This document shows positions 44,370 to 52,418 of a DNA stretch of 64,000 nt, piece after piece. Position numbers and translations under genes: made by a program. This stretch comes from Alphaproteobacteria bacterium (lineage in GTDB: Bacteria; Pseudomonadota; Alphaproteobacteria; Bin95). Location of the stretch: positions 1,152,001-1,216,000 of the forward strand of contig CAXXWS020000002.1 of the NCBI GenBank assembly GCA_963665325.3. Reading direction: 5' to 3'. Within the stretch, counting starts at the first letter, position 1. Every line of letters begins with the position of its first letter. The notes under the pieces were generated by a model that did not search any database, was not told the DNA's origin, and saw only the letters and a list, made by a program, of their open reading frames with translations.

Positions 44370-45518
44370 ATGACATTCCGCTCTGCCACCGTCGCCATCG
44401 CCGCAATCTGTACTGCCTTGATTGCCGGTACACCGGCAAATGCCGACAACCACTGCGACAGGCTCTCAAGTGAAATGAGCGCCCTTGCACTCAAAGCATA
44501 TGTACCCTGTGGCGCGCACGAATCTACAAGCGCATGCGGCGCCAGAATCATGGCAACATGGGACAAATGGAAAGTTGCAACAGAACGCTGGCAACGCTGT
44601 ATCGAAGAAGAAAGGGAAAGAGAAGATCGCGAGCGCGAACGACAAGCACAAGCCGAGCGCGAACGACAAGCACAAGTCGAGCGCGAACGACGAGTACGAG
44701 CCGAACGCGAACGACAAGCACAAGTCGAGCGCGAACGACGAGTACGAGCCGAACGCGAACGACAAGCAAAAGTCGAGCGCGAACGACGAGCACGAGCCGA
44801 GCGCGAACGACAAGCACAAGCCGAGCGCGAACGGCAACGAGCTGTCCGGGAAGCAACACGAACCGACCCGGACCCGGTCCGAAACATGGCGGCCGATCTC
44901 GAACGTCTCGAACGCAGCCTGTTTCTTTCCCACGACCAGCGCGCCAACATCCAGCGCGCATTGAATGCGCTGGGCCACAACGCCGGCAGCGCCGATGGCA
45001 TTTTCGGACCGCGCACCAGGAAGGCCATCAAGGCGCTACAGAAAGCCTTGGGCGTCGAGCCGACCGGATACCTTAATGTCGAGCTTTTGAGGCACTTGTC
45101 CGACATGGAACAGGCAACGCAACTCGCGGGCACACTTGCGCCGGCCAATACATGCATATCGGATAAAACTCTTGGAAAGACCGACTCAATAGGGGGCCAG
45201 CTCAGAGAAGATTACGACGACTATTCAGCCGCAGTCCAATTCACCAACAAATGCGCTCACGAAGCGGTAATTAGCTACCGATACCTAGTCGGCTTGAAAG
45301 CAAAACACGAGAGAGGGGAACCGATAAAGTGCAGCGGCAGTTTCGCAAGAGGCTTGGAGCCGGGAGTGTCTGAAACCATTCTCATGGGTCCCTTGCCGCG
45401 CGGCATAACGCAAACATATGCTTGGTGCGCGGACTATTTCGACAGCGACACACAGAAGCGCACCGGCTACCGCTCCTGCGGCGCCGCTGACCAGCCGCGC
45501 TGTCCGCCGGTCCCGTAA
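44370..45518 (+). CDS. secreted protein: Cys-containing N-domain, E/R-rich repeat helix, PG_binding_1 domain, Cys-rich C-domain
   Basis: Signal peptide ending ANA|; ERERQAQA-type repeats; IQRALNALG..AGSADGIFGPRTRKAIKALQKALGVEPTG peptidoglycan-binding motif; visibly more A-rich than the flanks. Confidence 0.8.
   Translation: MTFRSATVAIAAICTALIAGTPANADNHCDRLSSEMSALALKAYVPCGAHESTSACGARIMATWDKWKVATERWQRCIEEEREREDRERERQAQAERERQAQVERERRVRAERERQAQVERERRVRAERERQAKVERERRARAERERQAQAERERQRAVREATRTDPDPVRNMAADLERLERSLFLSHDQRANIQRALNALGHNAGSADGIFGPRTRKAIKALQKALGVEPTGYLNVELLRHLSDMEQATQLAGTLAPANTCISDKTLGKTDSIGGQLREDYDDYSAAVQFTNKCAHEAVISYRYLVGLKAKHERGEPIKCSGSFARGLEPGVSETILMGPLPRGITQTYAWCADYFDSDTQKRTGYRSCGAADQPRCPPVP
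44631..44846 (+). repeat. 24-bp coding tandem repeat, 8 full units plus 1 degenerate
   Basis: Unit GAGCGCGAACGACAAGCACAAGCC and variants start at 44631, 44655, 44679, 44703, 44727, 44751, 44775, 44799 and 44823. Confidence 0.95.
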
Positions 45519-45584
45519 CGCGGCAATCACCTTCGGCTTGCGGCCCCGCGGCGGCGTGAAAGGGGGGCGGCGCTTACCCCTCGT

Positions 45585-45689
45585 CGTCACCCCGGCCGGA
45601 GCGAAGCAGAGAGCCGGGGTCCATCTCCCGGCCGTCCTGCCAGGTGCAAACGGTTGAGGCTGGGCCCCGGATCGCTGTTCGGGGCGATG
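45585..45689. repeat. REP/REPIN-like double-hairpin element (copy B)
   Basis: cgtcACCCCGGC-cggagcgaagcagaga-GCCGGGGTcca ... tgggCCCCGGatcgctgTTCGGGGcgatg. Each half forms a hairpin and the halves are inverted relative to each other. Confidence 0.7.
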
Positions 45690-45738
45690 CGATGTGCATT
45701 CTCCGGACCGCCTGTCGCAGGCCGGCTCTCTGCCGCCC

Positions 45739-46614
45739 TCACACCGCCCGCGGCCGCTCGCCCTGTATCTGCGTCCGATGCAGGCGGCGGCGCGTTGAGG
45801 CGTCGAAGGGGTCGCGGCGATGCATGGTGCAGCGATTATCCCAGAGAACCAGGTCGCCGACCTGCCAGCGGTGACGGTAGGTGAAGCGCTCCTGTTCGAC
45901 ATGGGCCCACAGTTCGTCCAGCAGCGCCTCCGACTCGCCGACCTTCATGCCTTCGACATAGGAGTTGAGACGGCGGCCCAGATAGAGCACCGGGCGTCCG
46001 CTCTCAGGATGCACCGGCACGGCCGGGTGGCTGGCGCCGGGGGCCTCGCTCACGTCGACCACCTCGTCGAAGCCCGCGCGCAGGTAGCCACCGGAATTGA
46101 CACTCGAATCGTGGCGGACGCTGGCGGCCTCCAACCGGCGCCGCAGGTCCTCGGGGAGCGCCTCCAGCGCGGCATACATGTTGAGGAAGCAGGTGTCGCC
46201 GCCCTCCGGCGGAATCTCCAGCGCGTAGAGGGCGCTGGCTTTGGGCGGGCGCTCCTCATAGCTCATGTCGGTATGCCAGGACGCTTCGCCGGCGCCGAGC
46301 GAGCCGATCGGCTTGCCGTCCCTGACGATGTTGGAGATCACATAGAGCTCCGGCACGCCCTCCACCATCGTCTGGCCGTTCTCCATGATCGGCGCGTGGT
46401 CGAGCTTGCCGAAGCGCGACGAGAAGGCAACGAAATCGGCGTCCGTCAGCGTCTGCCCGCGAAACGCCAGCACCCCGTGCTCGATCCAGGCGGCATGAAT
46501 GGCGGCGAAAGTTTCGTCGTCGAGCGGCCGGGAAAGGTCCACACCCTCGATCACGGCTCCCAGCGCAGCGCCGGTCGGCACTGCTGCGACGATCTGCTCG
46601 ACACCTTCCGGCAT
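45739..46614 (-). CDS. TauD/TfdA family Fe(II)/2-oxoglutarate dioxygenase
   Basis: LGAVIEGVDLS, WHTDMSY, GGDT.F, HPESGR..LY, WDNRCTMHRR. Confidence 0.93.
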   Translation of the reverse strand: MPEGVEQIVAAVPTGAALGAVIEGVDLSRPLDDETFAAIHAAWIEHGVLAFRGQTLTDADFVAFSSRFGKLDHAPIMENGQTMVEGVPELYVISNIVRDGKPIGSLGAGEASWHTDMSYEERPPKASALYALEIPPEGGDTCFLNMYAALEALPEDLRRRLEAASVRHDSSVNSGGYLRAGFDEVVDVSEAPGASHPAVPVHPESGRPVLYLGRRLNSYVEGMKVGESEALLDELWAHVEQERFTYRHRWQVGDLVLWDNRCTMHRRDPFDASTRRRLHRTQIQGERPRAV

Positions 46615-46646
46615 GGCTTCGGCCTCCGCTTTCGGCAACGCCCGGC

Positions 46647-46675
46647 AATGTCACGGAAGAGAGGCGGCGGGTCAA
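46647..46675 (-). promoter_or_regulatory. candidate sigma70-type promoter of the TauD gene
   Basis: Minus strand reads TTGACC-17 nt-GACATT, about 30 bp upstream of ATG 46614. Confidence 0.5.
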
Positions 46676-47019
46676 TGCGTTCATTGCCCTGCGCCGGTGT
46701 TTTCAACCGAGTGGAGGCGCGTCATTTGTTCGCGTATTTAGAAATAATTCCTGATTCGGGCTGATCCCGAAAAATAGGTGGTAAGATTGAAACGGGAGGC
46801 AAGGAAACGGCATCCGCGCGGGGCCGCTCGCCTCCCGATGCGCGCCGGCGCGAAAAGACCCCGGAGAAACGGACGGGAGACGTGCGCCCTGCGCCTGGGT
46901 CTTTGCGCGCGCGGGCGCAATCAGGCGCGCGAACCGCGCCGGCGCGAATGCGCGCGGACAGGCGGGCGCGATACGCGCGAAGAAGGGTTCCGCTTGCCGG
47001 GCGGGCCGGTGGCGGCGGG

Positions 47020-47150
47020 AACGCCGCCATCTGCAATGTTCGCCGCGTTCGACGCGGCGGCGTCAACGCCGCCATCTGCAATGTTCGCCGCGTTCGGCGC
47101 GGCGGCGTCAACGCCGCCATCTGCAATGTTCGCCGCGTTCGGCGCGGCGG
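47020..47150. repeat. 3 x 45-bp tandem repeat with internal hairpins
   Basis: AACGCCGCCATCTGCAATGTTCGCCGCGTTCG[A/G]CGCGGCGGCGTC at 47020, 47065 and 47110; the third copy diverges after 41 nt. Confidence 0.95.
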
Positions 47151-47229
47151 GGCGAACGGAACGGAACGCGACGGAGGAACGGCATGCAGGATACGGACGG
47201 GCGGCACCGGGAGCGGAGGCGCGGCGGAC

Positions 47230-47290
47230 CATGACAGAACATGACATTTCCGGCGGGCCGCATGACGAAACATGACAATTCATGACACTC
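47230..47290. repeat. five CATGAC direct repeats in helical phase
   Basis: CATGAC starts at 47230, 47240, 47261, 47271 and 47281. Confidence 0.9.
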
Positions 47291-47328
47291 GCGGCACGTC
47301 CCGGTCGCCGGCTGCAACAGGCGTCGGA

Positions 47329-47357
47329 TTGCCCGCCCGGTCGGGTGCGCCTATGTG
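47329..47357 (+). promoter_or_regulatory. candidate sigma70-type promoter of the yqaA-dsbB-coq7 operon
   Basis: TTGCCC-17 nt-TATGTG, an alpha-type -10 lacking the last T, just upstream of ATG 47368. Confidence 0.4.
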
Positions 47358-47367
47358 GACCCGCATC

Positions 47368-47946
47368 ATGCTGCGCCGCCTCTACGACGGAACCATGCGC
47401 CTTGCCGGGCATCCGCGCGCGGTGTGGATACTGGCGGCGGTCGCCTTCGCGGAGAGCGTCGTTTTCCCTGTGCCGGTGGATGTGCTGCTCATCCCGATGG
47501 TGCTGGCGGCGCCCGGGCGGGCATGGCGCTACGCGGCAGTCTGCACCTGCGCGTCCGTCGCGGGCGGCGTGGCGGGCTACGGCGCCGGGGCGTTCCTGTT
47601 CGACGCCGTGGGCGCGCCGCTGCTCGCGTTCTACGCATACGAAGAGGCGTTCGCAGAAGCACAGGCGCTCTACAACGCGCATGGAAGCCTCATCGTCTTC
47701 ACCGCGGCCTTTTCGCCGATCCCCTACAAGGTCTTCACCATCGCCAGCGGCTTTGCCGGCACCGACCTCGGCATCTTCATTCTGGCCTCGGCAGCGGGCA
47801 GGGGGCTGCGCTTCTTCATCGTCGCCGCGCTCCTCTGGCGATTCGGCGCGCCGCTTCGCGCGTTTATCGAACGCCGGCTCGCGCCCCTGACGCTCGCCTT
47901 CGTGGTCCTGCTCGTGGCAGGATTCGTCGTGTTGAGGGTGCTGTGA
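47368..47946 (+). CDS. YqaA/DedA family membrane protein
   Basis: MLRRLYD, FAESVVFPVP.D, SPIPYKVFTIASG, GRGLRFF. Alternative ATG at 47353. Confidence 0.9.
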   Translation: MLRRLYDGTMRLAGHPRAVWILAAVAFAESVVFPVPVDVLLIPMVLAAPGRAWRYAAVCTCASVAGGVAGYGAGAFLFDAVGAPLLAFYAYEEAFAEAQALYNAHGSLIVFTAAFSPIPYKVFTIASGFAGTDLGIFILASAAGRGLRFFIVAALLWRFGAPLRAFIERRLAPLTLAFVVLLVAGFVVLRVL

Positions 47947-48437
47947 TGCGGTTCCTGCTCCATCCGGCGGCGTTGATTACCGGCAGCCTGGGGGCGCTGG
48001 CCGCAGCTTTCGCCTTCCAGCATCTGGGGGGCCTGGAGCCGTGCCCGCTGTGCATCTGGCAACGCTGGCCGCATCTGGCGACCGCCTTGCTTGCGGTTGT
48101 TTCGTTGGGGTTCCGGGGAACGGCGGTAGCGGTTCCCGTCGGGCTTGCGGGCCTGGCTGCGCTCGCAGGCGCCGGCCTTGCCGGGTTCCATGTCGGGGTC
48201 GAGCAGCAATGGTGGGCGGGCCTTGAAGCCTGCGCGGGCGGCCCTCCGGCGGAAACGGTCGCCGAGCTGCGCGAGCGCCTGCTCAATGCGGCGCCGGCGC
48301 GTTGCGACGAGGCGGCATGGTCGTTCCTGGGCCTGTCCATGGCGGCCTGGAACGGGCTGCTTTCGCTGGGGCTGGCCGGCTTGGCGGCCGGTGCGCTTCG
48401 GCGCAAGGTTCCGATCATGAGGAGCAGAGCGGCATGA
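47946..48437 (+). CDS. dsbB: disulfide bond formation protein DsbB family
   Basis: TGATG overlap; [22 protein letters not shown], second Cys pair, GLSMAAWN. Confidence 0.9.
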   Translation: MRFLLHPAALITGSLGALAAAFAFQHLGGLEPCPLCIWQRWPHLATALLAVVSLGFRGTAVAVPVGLAGLAALAGAGLAGFHVGVEQQWWAGLEACAGGPPAETVAELRERLLNAAPARCDEAAWSFLGLSMAAWNGLLSLGLAGLAAGALRRKVPIMRSRAA

Positions 48438-48970
48438 AACGCCTCCCCGGAGACCCGACGCGGGAAGCGCGCGTCGAGGCGATGGTTCGCGTCAACCATG
48501 CGGGCGAATACGGCGCGCGGCGCATCTACGAAGGCCAGCTTGCCGTGCTCGGGCGCGGGCCCGCCGGGCCGACGCTGCGGCACATGGCGCGGCAGGAGGC
48601 CCGCCATCTCGCCTATTTCGAGGCCGAAATTGCCGGACGGCGCGTTCGGCCAACCGCCCTGCAACCGCTCTGGCATGTGCTCGGTTTCGCGCTCGGCGCG
48701 GCGACCGCGGCCATGGGCGAGCGTGCCGCCATGGCCTGCACCGTCGCCGTGGAGGAGGCCATCGACGAGCATTATGCCGGACAGCTCGCCGAGCTGGGGG
48801 GCGAAGAGCCGGAACTGGCGGCGGCCATCGAGGAGTTCCGGGCCGAGGAGCTGGAGCACCGCGACACAGCGCTCGATGCCGGAGCCGAGCGGGCGCCGGC
48901 CTACGGCCTGCTTTATCGGGCTGTAAACAACGCCTCGAAACTGGCGATCGCGCTCTCGACGCGCATCTGA
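48434..48970 (+). CDS. coq7: demethoxyubiquinone hydroxylase (Coq7 di-iron)
   Basis: [35 protein letters not shown]; ATGA overlap with dsbB. Confidence 0.93.
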   Translation: MKRLPGDPTREARVEAMVRVNHAGEYGARRIYEGQLAVLGRGPAGPTLRHMARQEARHLAYFEAEIAGRRVRPTALQPLWHVLGFALGAATAAMGERAAMACTVAVEEAIDEHYAGQLAELGGEEPELAAAIEEFRAEELEHRDTALDAGAERAPAYGLLYRAVNNASKLAIALSTRI

Positions 48971-49041
48971 GCCGCCATTTACAGGGCCGGGGGGCGCTGG
49001 TAGGTTCCGCGCCGTCCGGGGGGAGAGGGGCGGCGGGACGA

Positions 49042-49974
49042 ATGAAGGTTATTGCAGGCAACAGCAATCGACCGCTCGCCCAGGCGATCAGCGACTATCT
49101 CGAAGTGCCGCTCACCGCTGCCAGCATGAGGAGTTTCTCCGACAAGGAAGTCTTCGTCGAGATCGAGGAGAACGTGCGCGGCGAGGACGTGTTCCTGATC
49201 CAGTCCACGTCCTACCCGGCGAACGACACGCTGATGGAATTGCTGGTGGCCATCGACGCCCTGAAGCGGGGCTCGGCGCGCCGCATCACCGCCGTCATCC
49301 CCTATTTCGGCTACGCCCGGCAGGACCGCAAGACGGGTCCGCGCACGCCGATCTCTGCGAAGCTGGTTGCCAATCTCATCACCACGGCAGGCGCCCACCG
49401 GGTGCTGACGATGGACCTCCATGCGGGCCAGATCCAGGGCTTCTTCGACATCCCGACCGACAACCTGTTCGCAACGCCCGTGTTCGCGGCCGACCTGAAG
49501 CAGGTGTACAACGACGAGGCGCTGGTTGTCGTCTCCCCCGACGTCGGCGGCGTGGTGCGCGCCCGCGCGCTTGCGCGCCGCCTTGACAGCGAGCTTGCAA
49601 TCATCGACAAGCGCCGCCCGCGCGCAGGCGTTTCCGAGGTGATGAACATTATCGGCGAGGTCGGCGGGCGGCGGTGCATCATATTCGATGACATCGTGGA
49701 CAGCGCGGGCACCTTGTGCAATGCGGCGGTGGCGTTGATGGAGGAAGGGGCGAGCGCCGTCTCGGCCTATGTCTCGCACGGCGTCCTGTCGGGCGGGGCG
49801 GTGGACCGGGTGACGGCCTCGCCGATAGACATGCTGGTGACGACGGACAGCATCGAGGCGACGCAGGCGATGCAGGATGCGGACAACATCCGGCAGATCA
49901 CCATCGGGCCGCTGCTGGGCGAGGCGGTGTTGCGGATTACCCAGAGCCGGTCGGTCTCGAGCCTGTTCAACTAG
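49042..49974 (+). CDS. prs: ribose-phosphate pyrophosphokinase
   Basis: [38 protein letters not shown]. Confidence 0.98.
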   Translation: MKVIAGNSNRPLAQAISDYLEVPLTAASMRSFSDKEVFVEIEENVRGEDVFLIQSTSYPANDTLMELLVAIDALKRGSARRITAVIPYFGYARQDRKTGPRTPISAKLVANLITTAGAHRVLTMDLHAGQIQGFFDIPTDNLFATPVFAADLKQVYNDEALVVVSPDVGGVVRARALARRLDSELAIIDKRRPRAGVSEVMNIIGEVGGRRCIIFDDIVDSAGTLCNAAVALMEEGASAVSAYVSHGVLSGGAVDRVTASPIDMLVTTDSIEATQAMQDADNIRQITIGPLLGEAVLRITQSRSVSSLFN

Positions 49975-50008
49975 GCCGGCCCGGAGAAGACAGGAAGAAC
50001 GAAAGATC

Positions 50009-50662
50009 ATGAGCGAAAACGCCATTCTCGCCGCATCGCCGCGGCAAGGCTCCGGCACGGGGCCGGCGCGGGCGCTGCGCCGCGAAGGCCGGGTGCCGGC
50101 GATCGTCTATGGCGGCAGCAAGGAGCCGGAAAAGGTGTCCGTGGAGGACCGGCGGCTGCGCTGGCTGATGGGCCAGGGCGGATTCACGGCGACGCTGCTC
50201 GACCTGGAGATAGAAGGCGCCGGACGGGAACGCGTCATTCCGAAGGAGGTCCAGCGCCATCCGGTTACGGACCGACCCCTGCATGTCGATTTCATGCGCG
50301 TGTCGGCGGCTTCCGAGCTTCAGGTCCGGGTGGCGGTCTCGCTGCTGGGCCAGGACGACTGCCTGGGCCTCAGGGCCGGGGGCACGCTCGCCGTCGCGCA
50401 ATACGATGTCGAGGTCGTCTGCCGTGCGGACAGCATTCCGGAATCGCTGGAGGTGGATATCGCGGCGCTGGAAATCGGCAGCGGTATCCGGCTGTCCGAC
50501 ATCGTGCTGCCGGAAGGCGTGCGGCCGGCCGGCGATGACGACCTGTTGATCGTGTCGGTCTCGGCGCCTGCCGGCGGCCTCGATGAGGACGAGGCCGGCG
50601 AAGGCGACGAAGAGGGGCAGGAAGGCGAAGAGGAAGGCGGCGAGGAGCCCGCCTCCGACTGA
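50009..50662 (+). CDS. rplY: 50S ribosomal protein L25/general stress protein Ctc
   Basis: RALRREGRVPAIVYG, QRHPV....HVDF, acidic tail. Confidence 0.95.
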   Translation: MSENAILAASPRQGSGTGPARALRREGRVPAIVYGGSKEPEKVSVEDRRLRWLMGQGGFTATLLDLEIEGAGRERVIPKEVQRHPVTDRPLHVDFMRVSAASELQVRVAVSLLGQDDCLGLRAGGTLAVAQYDVEVVCRADSIPESLEVDIAALEIGSGIRLSDIVLPEGVRPAGDDDLLIVSVSAPAGGLDEDEAGEGDEEGQEGEEEGGEEPASD

Positions 50663-50689
50663 TCGTCCGGGCAGAGGAGGCCGCCTGCC

Positions 50690-51286
50690 GTGCAACTCTT
50701 TGTCGGGCTCGGCAACCCCGGCCCCAAATACGCCCGCCACCGCCACAATATCGGTTTCATGGCGCTGGACGCCATCGCCGACCGGCACGGCTTTCCGACC
50801 TACCGCAAGCGTTTCCGCGGTCTGGTCAGCGAGGGCCGGCTGGGAGACGAGCGGGTGGCGCTGCTGAAACCGCAGACATTCATGAACGAGTCCGGCCGCG
50901 CGGTGGCGGCCGCGATGCAGTTCTACAAGGCCGGACTGGCAGAGGTGGTGGTGTTCCACGACGAGCTGGACCTTGAGGGGGGCAAGCTGCGCGTCAAGAC
51001 GGGAGGCGGCTCGGCCGGCCACAACGGACTGCGCAGCATCGACCGCCTTGTCGGGCCGGGTTTCCGCCGCGTGCGCCTCGGCATCGGCCATCCGGGCGAT
51101 TCCAGGCGCGTCACCGGCCATGTGCTGCATGCCTTCGATTCCGGAGACGCCGGCTGGCTGATGCGGATACTGGACGCGGTCGCGCGCTCGGCCGACCTGC
51201 TGGCGGAGAACGACGATGCGAATTTCATGAACCGGGTCGCGATCCTGACCCGTCCGCCCCCGGATCCGCCGGCCGCGGAGGCCTGA
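50690..51286 (+). CDS. pth: peptidyl-tRNA hydrolase
   Basis: VGLGNPG..Y..RHNIGF, KPQTFMNESG, HDELD, GHNGLRSI. Confidence 0.97.
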   Translation: MQLFVGLGNPGPKYARHRHNIGFMALDAIADRHGFPTYRKRFRGLVSEGRLGDERVALLKPQTFMNESGRAVAAAMQFYKAGLAEVVVFHDELDLEGGKLRVKTGGGSAGHNGLRSIDRLVGPGFRRVRLGIGHPGDSRRVTGHVLHAFDSGDAGWLMRILDAVARSADLLAENDDANFMNRVAILTRPPPDPPAAEA

Positions 51287-51292
51287 CCGCTA

Positions 51293-52396
51293 ATGGGTTT
51301 CAAATGCGGCATTGTGGGGCTGCCGAATGTCGGCAAGTCCACGCTCTTCAACGCGCTGACGGCGACCGCCCAGGCCCAGGCGGCGAACTATCCTTTCTGC
51401 ACGGTGGAGCCGAATGTCGGGCGCGTCGCCGTGCCGGACCCCCGGTTGGAGAGCGTCGCCGGGCTTGCGGGCGCGGCGGCCGTGTTGCCGACCTTTCTTG
51501 AGTTCGTCGATATCGCCGGGCTGGTCCGCGGCGCCTCGCGCGGCGAGGGGCTCGGCAACCGCTTCCTCGCCAATATCCGCGAGGTGGACGCCATCGCCCA
51601 TGTGCTGCGCTGTTTCGAGGATGGCGGCGTCACGCATGTGGACGTCGGCATCGATCCTGTGCGGGATGCGGAGACGGTGGAAACCGAGCTCATGCTGGCG
51701 GACCTCGAAAGCCTGGAGCGGCGCTTCGACCAGGCGAAGAAGCGCGCGGCGGCCGGCGACGCGGAACAGAGGGTCCTCGCCCGCACGATAGAGCCCGTGC
51801 TGGCGGCACTGGAGGCGGGTCGCCCGGCGCGCAGCGTCTCCTTCGATCGGGAGGACGACCGGGCGGCCTTCAAAGGCCTCCAATTGCTGACCGCCAAGCC
51901 GGTGCTCTATGTGTGCAATGTCGGTGAGGCGGACGCAACCGCCGGCAATGATTGTTCACGACAGGCCGCGGCGCGCGCGGCCGACCGAGGCGCCGAATGC
52001 GTCACCGTGTCGGCCGCCGTCGAAGCCGAGATTGCGGTGCTCGCCGATGCCGGGGAACGCATGGCCTTTTTGGAGTCCCTGGGCCTTGAGGAGTCCGGCC
52101 TCGACCGGGTAATCCGCGCCGGCTACCGGCTGCTCGGCCTCATCACCTTCGTCACCGCCGGGCCGAAGGAAGCGCGCGCCTGGACCGTTGCTGCCGGCGC
52201 CACTGCGCTCGAGGCTGCCGGGCGCGTGCATACCGATTTCGAGCGCGGCTTCATCCGCGCCGAGACCATCGCCTTCGAGGACTATGTGGCATTCGGCGGG
52301 GAGCGCGGCGCGAAGGAAGCCGGGCGGATGCGCGTGGAAGGCCGCGACTATGTGGTGCAGGACGGCGACGTGATGCTCTTCCGGTTCAATCTTTAG
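51293..52396 (+). CDS. ychF: ribosome-binding ATPase YchF
   Basis: GIVGLPNVGKST, ANYPFCT, DIAGLV.GAS.GEGLGN, IRAE, GDV..FRFN. Confidence 0.98.
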   Translation: MGFKCGIVGLPNVGKSTLFNALTATAQAQAANYPFCTVEPNVGRVAVPDPRLESVAGLAGAAAVLPTFLEFVDIAGLVRGASRGEGLGNRFLANIREVDAIAHVLRCFEDGGVTHVDVGIDPVRDAETVETELMLADLESLERRFDQAKKRAAAGDAEQRVLARTIEPVLAALEAGRPARSVSFDREDDRAAFKGLQLLTAKPVLYVCNVGEADATAGNDCSRQAAARAADRGAECVTVSAAVEAEIAVLADAGERMAFLESLGLEESGLDRVIRAGYRLLGLITFVTAGPKEARAWTVAAGATALEAAGRVHTDFERGFIRAETIAFEDYVAFGGERGAKEAGRMRVEGRDYVVQDGDVMLFRFNL

Positions 52397-52413
52397 GAAC
52401 CGGCCCGGTTCCT
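52395..52413. terminator. hairpin between convergent ychF and LLM genes
   Basis: aggaaccg-gcc-cggttcct; no clear U-tract. Confidence 0.4.
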
Positions 52414-52418
52414 CGTCG

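Larger units (their letters stand above)
46680..47325. other. non-coding structured and repetitive insert (candidate ncRNA or non-autonomous mobile element)
   Basis: No credible CDS. It has an AT-rich left end with TGGTAAGAT, several stems, a 45-bp tandem repeat and phased CATGAC boxes, and is bracketed by the candidate promoters of both flanking genes. Boundaries are approximate. Confidence 0.45.

Noticed and set aside
43989-44453. ORFs in the gap-downstream spacer (43892-44245, 43989-44453, 43998-44198)
   Set aside because: They overlap the palindromic repeat and show no recognisable motifs or convincing RBS.
44631-44846. CRISPR array, or several overlapping genes (all six frames are open across the repeat)
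   Set aside because: It is an in-frame 24-bp coding repeat. The other frames are open only because the unit lacks stops; only 44370-45518 has a signal peptide and a recognisable domain.
47020-47150. CRISPR array
   Set aside because: Units are contiguous near-identical copies with no unique spacers, and no cas genes are in the window.
46722-47275. ORFs 46722-47273 (-), 46778-47275 (+) and 46882-47244 (+) as real genes
   Set aside because: Low-complexity Arg/Pro/Ala translations, no clear RBS or motifs, and openness explained by high GC and a repeat length divisible by 3. Not fully excluded without Ribo-seq.
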